Of a DNA stretch of 64,000 nucleotides, positions 17,311 through 27,403 are shown piece after piece. This DNA is from an uncultured Clostridia bacterium. GTDB taxonomy: Bacteria > Bacillota > Clostridia > Christensenellales > Borkfalkiaceae. How positions within the stretch are numbered: the stretch's first letter is position 1; every line of letters starts with the position of its first letter. Under the pieces are notes generated by a model that was given only the letters and a program-made list of their open reading frames with translations, was not told the DNA's origin and searched no databases. Location of the stretch: positions 17,421 through 81,420 of the forward strand of contig CANRNP010000002.1 of assembly GCA_947632015.1 (NCBI GenBank), given 5' to 3'. A program made the position numbers and the translations under genes.

Positions 17311-17790
17311 TCAGAAGTCGTCCTCGTCGCCCTCGTCCTCGTCGTCGTCATCGTCGCCGCCGAGGGTGTAAATTTCGTCTCCCGTAACGTAATCGAGGTC
17401 CTCGTCCTCGTCTACATACTCCTCTTCCTCTTCTTCCTCTTCCTCCGGTTCGTCCTCATCGAACGTTTCGCCGATGTCTAAATCGGAATCGAGGTCGTCG
17501 GTATCGTCGTCGAGATACTCCCGCCACTCGTCGTCCTCTTCGAGGTCGGGCTCTTCTTCGAGCTCCATCTTTTTGCGGCACTCTTCGCACATCTTTTCGC
17601 CTGCGCGCATCATGTTCTCGCCGCAAACGGGGCAAAGCTCGGTGGGGAGCTCGGCGTCCTCTTCTTCTTCGATCTCGTCCGCGTCCGTCCGGATCCCCTT
17701 CATCTCTTTGAGGCAGACGTCGCAATACTCTTGTTTTTCCGCGTCGATATAGTTCAACTCACAACGCGGGCACTTCTTATAGCGAACCAT
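17311..17790 (-). CDS. Highly acidic protein with two CxxC...CxxC zinc ribbons and a poly-D/E tail ending in DDF
   Basis: 159 aa: MVRYKKCPRCELNY...CDVC...CPVCGENM...CEEC, then about 90 residues that are almost all D/E, ending ...DDDDDEDEGDEDDF. Confidence 0.6.
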   Translation of the reverse strand: MVRYKKCPRCELNYIDAEKQEYCDVCLKEMKGIRTDADEIEEEEDAELPTELCPVCGENMMRAGEKMCEECRKKMELEEEPDLEEDDEWREYLDDDTDDLDSDLDIGETFDEDEPEEEEEEEEEYVDEDEDLDYVTGDEIYTLGGDDDDDEDEGDEDDF

Positions 17791-17919
17791 ATTCCTTTCT
17801 CCTTGCGAAATCCCCCTACCGCTCCCGATAGGCTAATAAATTATATTAGGAATCGCCCGGTTTGTAAACTGTTTTGCGCGCCCTTTTCGAAAAAAGTTAA
17901 AAAATTTTGTGTATTCCGT

Positions 17920-17950
17920 AAAAAAAGACTCGCTTTTGCGAGCGAGTCTT
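17920..17950 (-). terminator. Rho-independent terminator after the large surface protein gene
   Basis: Minus strand: AGACTCGCT-cgcaaa-AGCGAGTCT followed by TTTTTT. Confidence 0.7.
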
Positions 17951-17957
17951 TCGTTTG

Positions 17958-20246
17958 TTATTCTTCCGGTCTTTCGGGAGCTTCCTCCGCAGGCACTTCG
18001 GGAGCCTCTTCGGCGGGCGCCTCTTCCGCGGGTTCCTCCACAGGAGCTTCCTCCGCAGGAGCCTCTTCCGCAGGCGCTTCTTCCGCAGGTTCTTCGGGAA
18101 CTTCCTCGGCGGGGGTAGGCGCGTAAACGTCCACGTCCTCGTCGTCGGTGGTATCGACGAACATCTTCTCCTTCTCCGGCTCCGTTTCCTTCTTCCGCGA
18201 TTTGAGGATAAAGAATATTGCAACCGCCGCGGCGATGACAACGAGCCCGATGCCTACGCCGATGAGCGCCCATGCCCAAGCGGGAAGTCCGCTGTCCTCT
18301 GCCGCAGGCGCCGTGTAGTGCTGCAAGACGTTCTGCCAGTAAGAGGAGAGGCTCTCCTCGTCCGCCGCCGAATACTTGCCGAGCTTGGAGATGAAATCGG
18401 AACGGAACTTCACGTCCTCTTTTGCGGTAAATTCTTCGAACGCCTTCACTTCGTCCTCGGAATAGAGGGTATTTTGTTTGCCCGTTTCCTCCTCGGCTTC
18501 CTTGATGTTATCGTAGAACTGCTGCGTTTCGCCCGTATAGAAGTAGTAACGCACGGCGGCGGCAAGATTCGTTTTTCCGTCCGTGGTGAGCTCCTGGTAG
18601 TAGCTGTCCTCGCCGATCGCCTTCTCGTATTCCTCGTTGAAGTCCGCGAGCTCGACGTTGTTCATGAGCTTGCCGTCCTTTTTGAGATCGACCGCCGCGA
18701 TATAGGTGTAAGTGTTGGAACCGAGGCTCTCGCCGTCCGCATAATATACGGTGCCGTCGATCATCTCGAAGTTATACCAGCCCGTCGCGTGCTGGATCTT
18801 CAAGATCTGCACAGGGCGGAAGGGCTTGTTCTCGTCGTAATTGAGGGTGTTGTAATCTTCCGCAGTGCCGTTATAGACGGCGCGCCAGATATTCCCAGAA
18901 ACGGTGTAATAGACGTAATGGTAGTCGCTGTCCGACTTGTCGTCGATAAAGTTGAGGGTGGCGCTGCCGACGCCGACCGCGATGCGGGTCTCTTCCGCAA
19001 GCCCGTTTTCCTTCACGTCCGCACGGAAGAGGGAGCTGTTGCTCACATAGAGGTAGTGGTGCCCGTCGCCGTCCTTATAGAAGATCGCCGCCGTGCCCGC
19101 GTTTGTGGTCTCCTTCGCGATGATGTCGAGCGTGCCGCTCTTGACGGCGTTGCCCGTGATCGAATTCCACGAAGCGCCGAGCGCGTCCTGCGAGAGATAG
19201 TAGAGCCAGCCGTTCTCGCCGTCGGTATCCGTGCCCAAGAGCTCGGAGCGGGTAAAGTAGATGCCGCCGTTCGTATAAGCCTGCAACGTGTAGGTGTATC
19301 CGCCGAGCAGAAGGGGCTCGTCGGCGAGTTTGCCGCCCTCCGTCTTTTCGTGGGTGAACTGCGTGGGATTCTCCATCCATTCGCGCCCGATGCCGTCGAG
19401 CACGATCGTGCCGAGGTTGAGATAGGGCACTTCGCCGTCGTTCGCGTCGAGATACTTCTGGTCGTAAGTGTATTCGTAGGGAGCCTCGGTCGCGTTCGCG
19501 CAAACGCGGTAGATCTGGTTGTAGCCGCGCGCGGAGGGTGCCGCCGAGTTGCCGTCCTCGTCCACTGCGTCGATCTCCGCCGTAACGGACATCGTGTAGT
19601 AAACATAGGGATCGGTCTTATCGGCGCTGTTGAGCACATAGGCGCCCATCGAGCGGACGAGCTCGGTATCGGTCGCGGTGGCGGTGTTGTAGGAGTGGAG
19701 GTTGGAATTCTCCACATACATCAGATAGACCGTGCCTTCCGCTTCCACATAGCGGTAGACGGTGGAGTTGCTCTCGACGTTAAAGTAAGCCTTTACGTCG
19801 GACCCATCGAGCTTGGCGCTCTTGAAGTCGAGATAGCCGCTCTCGACGACGCCCTGCATGTTCCTGTCGCTGTTCGGCGTTGCGTAATACACGCGGTCGC
19901 CATAGATATAGACGCCCGACGTATAATCGGAAGCGACCATGAGAGAGGGCACGACCGTCTCGGAGGCGTCCGCCTTTCCGATGTCGCTCTTTTTCACCCG
20001 CATGAGCGCGCCCTTCACGGGATTTCCGTAAGTGTTATCGGACGTATAGCTCTCCACGCCGTTGATGAAGTAGACGTAGTCCCCTTTCTCCACGACGAAT
20101 CCGCCGTTCGAAGCGACTTCCGCGGTAGCGGCGGGCGCATCTTTGAGCGGGGTGAAGTTCGTTCCGCAGGCGGCGAGAGAAGCGACGCCGAACGCCATTA
20201 CCCCCGCCGTGAAAATTGTCATTACGTTTTTGAGTATTTTGCGCAT
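17958..20246 (-). CDS. Large cell-surface protein: lipoprotein-type signal, repeated beta-propeller-like Y-rich segments, C-terminal TM helix and an acidic PAEEA-repeat tail
   Basis: 762 aa. MRKILKNVMTIFTAGVMAFGVASLAACG is a lipobox. Motifs such as YVYFINGVE, RVYYATP, TVYLMYVE, YVYYTM, HYLYVSN, HYVYYTVSG and TVYYADGES recur. LPAWAWALIGVGIGLVVIAAAVAIFFILK is a TM helix. The tail is (P)AEEAP x about 8. Confidence 0.7.
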   Translation of the reverse strand: MRKILKNVMTIFTAGVMAFGVASLAACGTNFTPLKDAPAATAEVASNGGFVVEKGDYVYFINGVESYTSDNTYGNPVKGALMRVKKSDIGKADASETVVPSLMVASDYTSGVYIYGDRVYYATPNSDRNMQGVVESGYLDFKSAKLDGSDVKAYFNVESNSTVYRYVEAEGTVYLMYVENSNLHSYNTATATDTELVRSMGAYVLNSADKTDPYVYYTMSVTAEIDAVDEDGNSAAPSARGYNQIYRVCANATEAPYEYTYDQKYLDANDGEVPYLNLGTIVLDGIGREWMENPTQFTHEKTEGGKLADEPLLLGGYTYTLQAYTNGGIYFTRSELLGTDTDGENGWLYYLSQDALGASWNSITGNAVKSGTLDIIAKETTNAGTAAIFYKDGDGHHYLYVSNSSLFRADVKENGLAEETRIAVGVGSATLNFIDDKSDSDYHYVYYTVSGNIWRAVYNGTAEDYNTLNYDENKPFRPVQILKIQHATGWYNFEMIDGTVYYADGESLGSNTYTYIAAVDLKKDGKLMNNVELADFNEEYEKAIGEDSYYQELTTDGKTNLAAAVRYYFYTGETQQFYDNIKEAEEETGKQNTLYSEDEVKAFEEFTAKEDVKFRSDFISKLGKYSAADEESLSSYWQNVLQHYTAPAAEDSGLPAWAWALIGVGIGLVVIAAAVAIFFILKSRKKETEPEKEKMFVDTTDDEDVDVYAPTPAEEVPEEPAEEAPAEEAPAEEAPVEEPAEEAPAEEAPEVPAEEAPERPEE
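17961..18115. repeat. In-frame ~15-bp tandem repeat encoding the PAEEA tail
   Basis: Plus-strand units CTTCCTCCGCAGGAG / CCTCTTCCGCAGGCG are repeated about 8 times. Confidence 0.75.
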
Positions 20247-20387
20247 AAGTAGCTTCCTTATGATCGATAAAAATTCTTGTTCTAACGATACGTCAATAAT
20301 TATATACTAAAATACGGCTTTTGGCAATCAAAAACCGCTGTCTCTTGACTTTTTCTTCCGAAAATTTTGTGAAAAGAGGTGATTTTC

Positions 20388-20624
20388 ATGGAAAAATTCG
20401 GCATCTTCGAGCTTTTGGACGCGCTGTCCACGCTCACTTCCGATACGGAGAGCTCTCCTGCCCCCGGCGCGCCTTCGCCGCCGCCCGCGGAACAGGACAG
20501 CGCGTTCGCCCCTCCCGAATACGGCACGGAAAAACCGCCCCGTACCGCAGGGGGGCGCGAGACGGACGCCCTCGCGGATTTTCTCGCACGGCACGACGCC
20601 GTGGCGAAAAAGGCGAAAAAATGA
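20388..20624 (+). CDS. Hypothetical small Pro/Ala-rich protein
   Basis: MEKFGIFELLDALSTLTSD... with AGAGGTG 6 nt upstream. No homology recognised, so coding status is uncertain. Confidence 0.35.
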   Translation: MEKFGIFELLDALSTLTSDTESSPAPGAPSPPPAEQDSAFAPPEYGTEKPPRTAGGRETDALADFLARHDAVAKKAKK

Positions 20625-21461
20625 TCAGACGGCGCGCACGCAGAAGCCGCGCTTTTTGAGCCAGGTTACGGCAAGGGAGAGCCAAACGGGCAGGTGGTCG
20701 ATCTTTTCGAGGCGTTCAAGGTCCCCTTCCGTCTCGATGGAAGCCACGCTCGTCCCGTGCCAGCCCTTTTCGAATACATGCAGTTCAAAGGGCACGCCCG
20801 CCCTTCTGCATGCGGCGGCGAAGAGGAGCGTGTTCTCTACGGGCACGCAGTCGTCCTCCGCCGTGTGCCACAAAAAGACGGGCGGACAATCCCCCGTCAC
20901 GCGGGTCTCCAAAGAGAGCGCCTTTCTGAGCGCGGGATCGGCGCCCGAAATGCGATCCATCGTGCCGCTGTGCCCGAACTTTCCCTCCGAGATCACGGAA
21001 TAGCACAAAATGGCGGCGTCGGGGCGGACGAGCCTTTCCCCCAAAGCGGCTTTGATGTTTGCGTCGCCGTAGAGCGTTGAGAGCATTCCCGCAAGATGCC
21101 CGCCCGCGGAGAAGCCCAAAACGCCCACCTGCGCGGGATCGACGCCGTATTTTTCGGCATTTTCACGGATATAGCAGATCGCCATCGCCCCTTCGAGCAG
21201 GGGGACGGGATAGGGCGTTTTCACGGTGTATTCGAGCACGAAGGCGCCGAACCCCTCCCAGACGAAGCGGAGCGCAACGGGCTCTCCTTCCCGCGCGGAG
21301 ACCATTTCGTATCCGCCGCCGGGGATGACGAGCATCGCGGGGCGCTTCTTTTTTTCGAGGTCGCCCTGCCGCTCCCTGCAATAGACGGTGAGGAGCCCCG
21401 CGCCGTTTGACGGCTTTTTCAGGGAGTAGTACCTATACAGATCGATCTTTTCGTAAAACAT
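20625..21461 (-). CDS. Alpha/beta-hydrolase fold esterase (acetyl-esterase / lipase-like)
   Basis: 278 aa. Nucleophile elbow GFSAGGH. LVIPGGGY oxyanion-region motif. The C-terminal D...H region is present. Confidence 0.8.
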   Translation of the reverse strand: MFYEKIDLYRYYSLKKPSNGAGLLTVYCRERQGDLEKKKRPAMLVIPGGGYEMVSAREGEPVALRFVWEGFGAFVLEYTVKTPYPVPLLEGAMAICYIRENAEKYGVDPAQVGVLGFSAGGHLAGMLSTLYGDANIKAALGERLVRPDAAILCYSVISEGKFGHSGTMDRISGADPALRKALSLETRVTGDCPPVFLWHTAEDDCVPVENTLLFAAACRRAGVPFELHVFEKGWHGTSVASIETEGDLERLEKIDHLPVWLSLAVTWLKKRGFCVRAV

Positions 21462-21535
21462 ATTTTCCCTCCGTATCGCCTCTTTGGGCGATCACGCCGC
21501 AAAAAAACCGACCGCAAGAGCGCGGTCGGATCTTT

Positions 21536-21949
21536 TTATCTCTTGGAGAACTGCGGCGCACGACGCGCTTTTTTAAGACCGTATTTCTTTCTTTCCTTCA
21601 CGCGGGGATCGCGGGTCAGGAAGCCTGCCTTTTTGAGGGCGGGACGGGTTTCGGGCTCCGCTTGGAGGAGCGCTCTCGCGATACCGAGACGGATCGCGCC
21701 CGCCTGACCGGTATAACCGCCGCCGACGACGTTCACTTTAATATCGTACTTGCCTTCCGCACCGATCTCGGTGAGCGGCTGCTTGACGATGAACTGCGTT
21801 GTGCCGAGCGGGAAATATTCTTCCAAAGCTCTGTCATTGATCACGATTTCGCCGCTGCCTGACGGAATGAGACGGACGCGGGCGACCGCTTTCTTTCTGC
21901 GGCCCGTTCCCCAGTATTGCAATTTTTTCTTTAACGTTGCCTTCGCCAT
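21536..21949 (-). CDS. rpsI: 30S ribosomal protein S9
   Basis: [38 protein letters not shown]...RRAPQFSKR. The start is ambiguous between 21949 and 21964. Confidence 0.93.
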   Translation of the reverse strand: MAKATLKKKLQYWGTGRRKKAVARVRLIPSGSGEIVINDRALEEYFPLGTTQFIVKQPLTEIGAEGKYDIKVNVVGGGYTGQAGAIRLGIARALLQAEPETRPALKKAGFLTRDPRVKERKKYGLKKARRAPQFSKR

Positions 21950-21967
21950 GTCGATCTCTCTCACTCC

Positions 21968-22399
21968 TTAAAATAATTTCAGCTCTTCCGGTTTCTGCGC
22001 TTCGTGCTTGTGCTCCGCGCCCTTATACACTCTGAGCTTTTTGATCATCGTTCTGCCGAGAGAATTTTTCGGAAGCATTCCTTTCACCGCTTCGTAAACG
22101 GCAAGGTCGCTGCGCTCCGCCATGAGTTTTCCGTAGGCGATCTCTTTGAGCCCTCCGATGTATCCCGTATGATAGCGATAGAATTTATCTTCGAGCTTTT
22201 TGCCCGTAAGAACGACCTTGTCGCTGTTGATAACGATCACGAAATCGCCCGTATCTACGTTGGGAGTAAAGGTGGGCTTATTTTTGCCGCGCAAAATCGA
22301 GGCGACCCTGGAAGCCAGCCTTCCGAGCGGGATGCCCGTCGCGTCGACGACGTACCACTTTCTTTCAACCGTCTGAGCGTTTGCCATATAGGTCTTCAT
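21968..22399 (-). CDS. rplM: 50S ribosomal protein L13
   Basis: [46 protein letters not shown]... AAGGAG upstream. Confidence 0.95.
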   Translation of the reverse strand: MKTYMANAQTVERKWYVVDATGIPLGRLASRVASILRGKNKPTFTPNVDTGDFVIVINSDKVVLTGKKLEDKFYRYHTGYIGGLKEIAYGKLMAERSDLAVYEAVKGMLPKNSLGRTMIKKLRVYKGAEHKHEAQKPEELKLF

Positions 22400-22484
22400 A
22401 ATTTCGTACTCCTTGTTGCCTTTGCCGCTTAACGCGGCGTTGCGTATTCGGTAAAAACGGGGCGCTTTGCCGATTTACCCCTTC

Positions 22485-22513
22485 ATTATAAGCAATCAAA
22501 AGGGTATCGTCAA
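22485..22513 (-). promoter_or_regulatory. SigA-type promoter for rplM-rpsI, followed by a ~80-nt leader
   Basis: Minus strand: TTGACG (22513-22508), 17-nt spacer, TATAAT (22490-22485). The leader holds a weak GGGG...CCCC hairpin followed by GTTTTTA, which may be an r-protein autoregulatory leader. That last point is not verified. Confidence 0.6.
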
Positions 22514-22655
22514 GCTGTTTTGAGTTGCGATTTTAAGATTTTTTCGGAAAAAACAAAATTTTTTTATGCGGACGAGCCTTCCCGCCGCGCTCCTTTTGCG
22601 CCTTGCGCTCCTCTTCCCGAAAAATCTTGCTTCGCAATCTTTTTCGGGAGCCCTG

Positions 22656-23222
22656 TCATCGGCGCGGCAATGTCTTTATGACATGCGCGGGATTTCCAAC
22701 CGCCACGCTGTCCGAGGGAATATCGTGTACGACTACCGCGCCCGCGCCGATGACGACGTTGTCGCCGATCGTCACTCCGGGGAGCACTCTTACGCCGCCG
22801 CCGAACCACACGTCGTTTCCGACCACAATGGGTTTTGCGAATTCGAGCTGTGCGCGGCGGACATCCGCTTCGAGGGGATGCCCCGCCGTATAGAATCCGC
22901 ACTGCGGCGCGATGAACACGTTGTCGCCGAAGATCAGTTTATTCGTGTCGAGGAACATGCAGTCGTGATTCGCGTAAAAATTTTCGCCGACCTCGGTGTT
23001 GTAGCCGTAGTCGAACCAGACGTTACTCTCGATGTTGAAGTTTTCGCCGCATTTGCCGAGAATGGAGCGCATGATCGCTCTGCGTTCTTCCGCGTTGTCG
23101 CGCGGGGTGCGGTTGTACCGCTCGCACTTTCTCTTGCAAGCGGCGAGCTCCCCCGCGAGCTCTTCGTCTACCTTGTAGAGCTCCCCTGCGAGTAATTTTT
23201 CCTTTTGGCTCCGTTCTTCCAT
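22656..23222 (-). CDS. Maltose/galactoside O-acetyltransferase family (left-handed beta-helix)
   Basis: 188 aa. N-terminal Mac-type helix (LLAGELYKVDEEL). Hexapeptide repeats (VGNDVWFGGGVRVLPGVTIGDNVVIGAGAVV). Confidence 0.85.
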   Translation of the reverse strand: MEERSQKEKLLAGELYKVDEELAGELAACKRKCERYNRTPRDNAEERRAIMRSILGKCGENFNIESNVWFDYGYNTEVGENFYANHDCMFLDTNKLIFGDNVFIAPQCGFYTAGHPLEADVRRAQLEFAKPIVVGNDVWFGGGVRVLPGVTIGDNVVIGAGAVVVHDIPSDSVAVGNPAHVIKTLPRR

Positions 23223-23289
23223 GTTTTTCTCCTTATTATTATAATGAGGTAAATAAATGATCGCGGCAGATACGCTTTGGCGGAAAACC

Positions 23290-24112
23290 CTGCGGCGATC
23301 CTTTCTGAATCACGTCATTCCGCCCCGCGCGAAGTTCTGTTTCTCTAAGCGCGGCACGAGCACGAAGTGCGAAGTAGGAATCGCCTTAGCGTTAATAAGA
23401 CTGCGGCGACCCTTTCTTTTTCTTGCCTCCCCCCAACAAGTTGGGGGGAGGGTAGGGAAGGGGGCTCCTTATTTTCTTGTTTGGGTACGCCACCCCCCTT
23501 TCGGCTCACTGTGTTCGCCACTGTCTCACGCGGGTAGACCCCCGCGTTCGGTCACCGTTCGCGCTTCTAATGCGCTCACTCATGTCGCATTGCGCCAACA
23601 GTTATCAACTGTTGGCAGAATGCAATGCACCACCCCAAACAAGTTGGGGGACAACTCAGTTAAGACTGCGGCGACCCTTCGACACGCCTCGCTTTGCTCA
23701 GCGGCTCAGGGTGACGTTTTAGAAGCGGGGCAGGGGGACGGTTTTAGTACCTCCCTACCCGTTTTGGCGGCAGGTACCGCCAAAACCCCGCCTCGCTACC
23801 GGCTCGGCTGTCGTGGCGCGCTCACAGCCCACTGGGCTGTTGAACAGAATTGCGCCGCTCCTCCCCCGCACCGCGGGGGGCAAGATTCGTGGCGCGAGAA
23901 GAACCACGCTTCTTCGCTGCGCGCCACAATTTGGCAAATACTTTTGCCTTCTTGTTTGACAACGCGAACGAGAGGACAAGAGGGTTAAGGCGATACGGCA
24001 AGTTTCCTCGAACGATTATTTTCGAAGCAACACCCCCTCACCACCTACGGCGGAGCTCCCCCTCAAGGGGGAGCCAAGTGTGGTGAGGGGTGGCGCGAGC
24101 AAAAAATCGTTC
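23290..24112. repeat. Intergenic mosaic repeat cluster 3 (modules A and B inverted relative to clusters 1 and 2)
   Basis: Reverse-complement module B at ~23300-23395. Reverse module A at 23660-23715 (GCGACCCTTCGACACGCCTCGCTTTGCTCAGCGGCTCAGGGTGAC). Hairpins include CCCCCCAACAAGTTGGGGGG, TTTTGGCGGcaggtaCCGCCAAAA (same orientation as in cluster 2), CACAGCCCactGGGCTGTTG and GCTCCCCCTCAAGGGGGAGC. Confidence 0.85.
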
Positions 24113-24125
24113 GAAACCTGAAATT

Positions 24126-25937
24126 TTACTCCAAAATCGCCTTTATCCTTCTTACGCCTGCGGAAGAGGATTGCTCTTTCTGGATTTTGAAATGTCCCAG
24201 CACGCCCGTGCGCTCCACATGGGGTCCGCCGCACATTTCTTTGGAAAAATCGCCGATGGAATAGGTCTTTACCACTTCGCCGTACTTGCTGTCGAACACG
24301 CCGACAAAGTGCTCCTTTCTCGCCTCTTCAAGGCTCATTTCGCGGTAAACGACGGGGAGATCTTCCCGGATCTTCTCGTTGACGAGATCTTCCACCGCCT
24401 TGATCTCTTCGGGCGTCATGGCGCGGTCGAAATTAAAGTCGAACCGCATCCGCTCGTCGGTGATGTTGCTCCCGCGCTGGTTGCATTCGGGGGAGAGCAC
24501 CACTTTGAGCGCTGCGTTGAGAAGATGGGTGGCGGTATGGTACTTCACCGCCATTTCGGAATGACTTTCGAGCCCGCCCTTCGCCTCGCCTTTGGCGAGC
24601 ACGCGGCTCTTTTCCTGGTGCTCTTTGAACGCTTCCGAAAAGCCCGCGCTGTCTACCGTGAGCCCCTTTTCCGCGGCGAGCTCTTCGGTGAGTTCGAGCG
24701 GGAAACCGTAGGTATCGTAGAGGCGGAAAGCCGCCTTCCCGCCGATGACCGTTTCGGGGACATAAGCGGGATCGCTCTTTGCCATGAACTCGTTTTTGCG
24801 GGCGAGCGCGGTAACGCACTTTTCGAATTCCTTCATGCCCGTAGCGAGCGTCGTCTCGAAGCGCTCCGCCTCTTTTGCGATCTCTTCGAGAATGAACGCC
24901 TCTTTCTCTTTGAGAAGGGGGTACGCCTCGCCGTACACCTCTTCGATGTAGATCTTCGCCACGGAGAGCAAAACCTCGGAAGAGATTTCGAGCTGGCGGC
25001 AATAGCGGATGGCGCGCCGCATGATGCGCCGCAAAATATATCCCGCGCCCGTGTTGGAGGGCAAAACGCCCGTGCTGTCGCCGATGAGCATCACCGTCGT
25101 GCGCGTGTGGTCGGCGATGATGCGCATGGCGCGGCGGGCTTCGCCGCCGTCGTCATACTTCTTGCCCGAAGCGCGCTCGATCTCCGCGATCACCGCCGTA
25201 AACAGGTCGGTTTTATAGGCGTCGTGAAGCCCGTTCAAAAAGAGGAGCATGCGGTCGAACCCGAAACCCGTATCCACATTTTTGTGCGCGAGGGGGGCGT
25301 AACCCTCTTCGAGCTTTTGATACTGCATATACACGTCGTTGCCGATCTCGATATAGTCGTCGGGGAAAACGGGATTTGCCTTTCCTTCGTCGAGCGGGTA
25401 GAACCACTCGTTGTCGGGTCCGCACGGCGTGCCCACAGTGCCTTCGAGCTCCCACCAGTTGTCCTCTTTGGGAAGATAAAACACATGCTCGCGGCGGATG
25501 CCGAGCGAGACGAGCAGTTCCGCCGTCTCGTCGTCGCGGGGAGCGCTCGCGTTGCCCTCGAACACGGTGGTGCAGAGCTTGTCTTTGTCGAGCCCGAACA
25601 CGTCCGTTAAAATTTCGAACGTCCACGCCGTCTTTTCCTTTTTGAAATAATCGCCGAGCGACCAGTTCCCCATCATCTCGAAAAAGGTGAAATGGGAAGC
25701 GTCGCCGACGCTGTCGATATCCACGGTGCGCACGCAGCCCTGCACGTTGCACAGCCGTTTGCCCGCGGGATGGGGCTTGCCCAAAAGATAGGGCATGAGG
25801 GGCTGCATGCCCGCCACGTTGAACATAACGCCAGTCGTCCCGTCGCCGATGAGCGACACCGCGCCGATGTCGGCGTGGCCCTTGCTCTTATAAAAATCGA
25901 GCCATTTTTTTCTGAGTTCTTTCCCTGTGATCTTCAT
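24126..25937 (-). CDS. alaS: Alanine--tRNA ligase, short form (603 aa) without a C-terminal C-Ala domain
   Basis: The N-terminal class II AlaRS core is present (FNVAGMQPLMPY, FFEMMGNWSLGDYFK). The tRNA-recognition region is present (RIIADHTR). An editing core with HTATH and CGGPH follows. The protein ends about 30 aa after CGGPH. Confidence 0.85.
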   Translation of the reverse strand: MKITGKELRKKWLDFYKSKGHADIGAVSLIGDGTTGVMFNVAGMQPLMPYLLGKPHPAGKRLCNVQGCVRTVDIDSVGDASHFTFFEMMGNWSLGDYFKKEKTAWTFEILTDVFGLDKDKLCTTVFEGNASAPRDDETAELLVSLGIRREHVFYLPKEDNWWELEGTVGTPCGPDNEWFYPLDEGKANPVFPDDYIEIGNDVYMQYQKLEEGYAPLAHKNVDTGFGFDRMLLFLNGLHDAYKTDLFTAVIAEIERASGKKYDDGGEARRAMRIIADHTRTTVMLIGDSTGVLPSNTGAGYILRRIMRRAIRYCRQLEISSEVLLSVAKIYIEEVYGEAYPLLKEKEAFILEEIAKEAERFETTLATGMKEFEKCVTALARKNEFMAKSDPAYVPETVIGGKAAFRLYDTYGFPLELTEELAAEKGLTVDSAGFSEAFKEHQEKSRVLAKGEAKGGLESHSEMAVKYHTATHLLNAALKVVLSPECNQRGSNITDERMRFDFNFDRAMTPEEIKAVEDLVNEKIREDLPVVYREMSLEEARKEHFVGVFDSKYGEVVKTYSIGDFSKEMCGGPHVERTGVLGHFKIQKEQSSSAGVRRIKAILE

Positions 25938-26013
25938 ATTCTATTGATCCTCAATTTATTTTATCGAATGGATGCTCTCGCTGCGGAAGAGCGCAAGATT
26001 TTGTAAGAAGCGC

Positions 26014-27399
26014 TCAAATTTTGCTCAGCGTATAGCCTTCTTTGCCGTCCTTGACGGCGTAACCCATTTCTTTGAGCTTTTCGCGCAGTTCATCCGACTT
26101 CGCCCAGTCCTTCGCGGCGCGCGCCGCCCACCGCGCTTCGGCGACCGCCTTCACCTCTTCGGGCGCCTCCTCCTTGGGCGCGTACCGCGCCAGATACTCC
26201 TTCGCGTCCTTCTTGAATAAGCCCAAAAGGGAATAGGTCGCGCGGATCTGGTTGACCATCTTCCGCGCCGTCGGGTCGTTTTCGCCCAAATAACGGGATA
26301 CGTCCTTAAAATATCCGTACAGATCGGAGAGCGCGAGCGCGGTGTTGAAGTCGTCGCTCATCGCCGCGTCGAACTTCTTGTCAATTTCGGGAAACAGCCC
26401 CGTTTCGGCGGGGAATTTCGTCTCCGCCCCGTCGATAAGGGTGTAAAAGCGCACGAGGCGGCTCTCCGCGCCCGGAAAGAGCTCGTCGGTAATGTTCACG
26501 TCTCCGCGGTAACCCGTGGAAAGAAGGGCGAATTTGATCGCCTCGTTGCTGTATTTTTCGAGCAAATCTTGAAGGAGCAGGCTGTTGCCGAGCGATTTGC
26601 TCATCTTCTGCCCGTTCACTTTGATGAGCCCGTTGTGCATCCAGTAATTCGCAAAGCGTTTGCCCGTGAGCGCCTCCGTCTGCGCAATTTCGTTCTCATG
26701 GTGGGGGAAAATGAGGTCTCTTCCGCCGCCGTGGATGTCGATCCTGTCGCCGAAGGCGGCGCGGTTCATCGCCGAGCATTCGATATGCCAGCCCGGACGC
26801 CCCTTGCCCCACGGGGATTCCCAGAAAATTTCCCCCTCCTTCGCCGCCTTCCAAAGGGCGAAATCGTAGGGGTTTTTCTTGCTCCCGTCGTTTTCGACGC
26901 GCACGCCGTCGAGCATGTCCTCCTTGTCCCTGCCCGAAAGCTGTCCGTAGGCGGGGAAGGTGTCTACGTCGAAGTAAACGTCGCCGTTGCCGGGGGCATA
27001 GGCATGTCCCGCGGCGATCAGCGCTTCGATGAACGAGATGATGTTGCCGATGTTCTCGGTCGCTTTGAGCCACAGCGTGGGCTCGTCTACGTCGAGGCGG
27101 CGCATGACGCCGTCGATCTTTTCGATCATCATCGCGGCGTAGCGGTCGGCGGGAATGCCCGTCTCGCGGCTCTTTGCGATGATCTTGTCGTCGACGTCGG
27201 TATAATTGCGGGCATAGGTGACGGCGTAGCCCTGCTTTTCGAGAAATTTACGGAAAATATCGTACAGGATCGCCTGAAATCCGTGCCCGACGTGCGCCTC
27301 GCCCGAAACGGTGATGCCGCAGGCGTACATCTTTACCTTTCCCGCTTCGAGCGGGACGAATTCTTCCTTCTTTCTTGTGAGCGAATTATAGATCTTCAT
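26014..27399 (-). CDS. cysS: Cysteine--tRNA ligase
   Basis: Start refined to the ATG at 27397-27399: [35 protein letters not shown] motif (AHVGHG) and KMSKS ([10 protein letters not shown]). The longer ORF-track start overlaps cysE. Confidence 0.93.
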   Translation of the reverse strand: MKIYNSLTRKKEEFVPLEAGKVKMYACGITVSGEAHVGHGFQAILYDIFRKFLEKQGYAVTYARNYTDVDDKIIAKSRETGIPADRYAAMMIEKIDGVMRRLDVDEPTLWLKATENIGNIISFIEALIAAGHAYAPGNGDVYFDVDTFPAYGQLSGRDKEDMLDGVRVENDGSKKNPYDFALWKAAKEGEIFWESPWGKGRPGWHIECSAMNRAAFGDRIDIHGGGRDLIFPHHENEIAQTEALTGKRFANYWMHNGLIKVNGQKMSKSLGNSLLLQDLLEKYSNEAIKFALLSTGYRGDVNITDELFPGAESRLVRFYTLIDGAETKFPAETGLFPEIDKKFDAAMSDDFNTALALSDLYGYFKDVSRYLGENDPTARKMVNQIRATYSLLGLFKKDAKEYLARYAPKEEAPEEVKAVAEARWAARAAKDWAKSDELREKLKEMGYAVKDGKEGYTLSKI

Positions 27400-27403
27400 A
27401 GCG

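Noticed and set aside
23257-23988. ORFs lying inside the repeat clusters, for example 23257..23988, 7628..7966, 7936..8235, 7944..8246, 6501..6752 and 61402..61677
   Set aside because: They are read-through of hairpin repeat modules with no RBS. Their sequence is dictated by the repeats, and the same peptides arise in both orientations at different loci.
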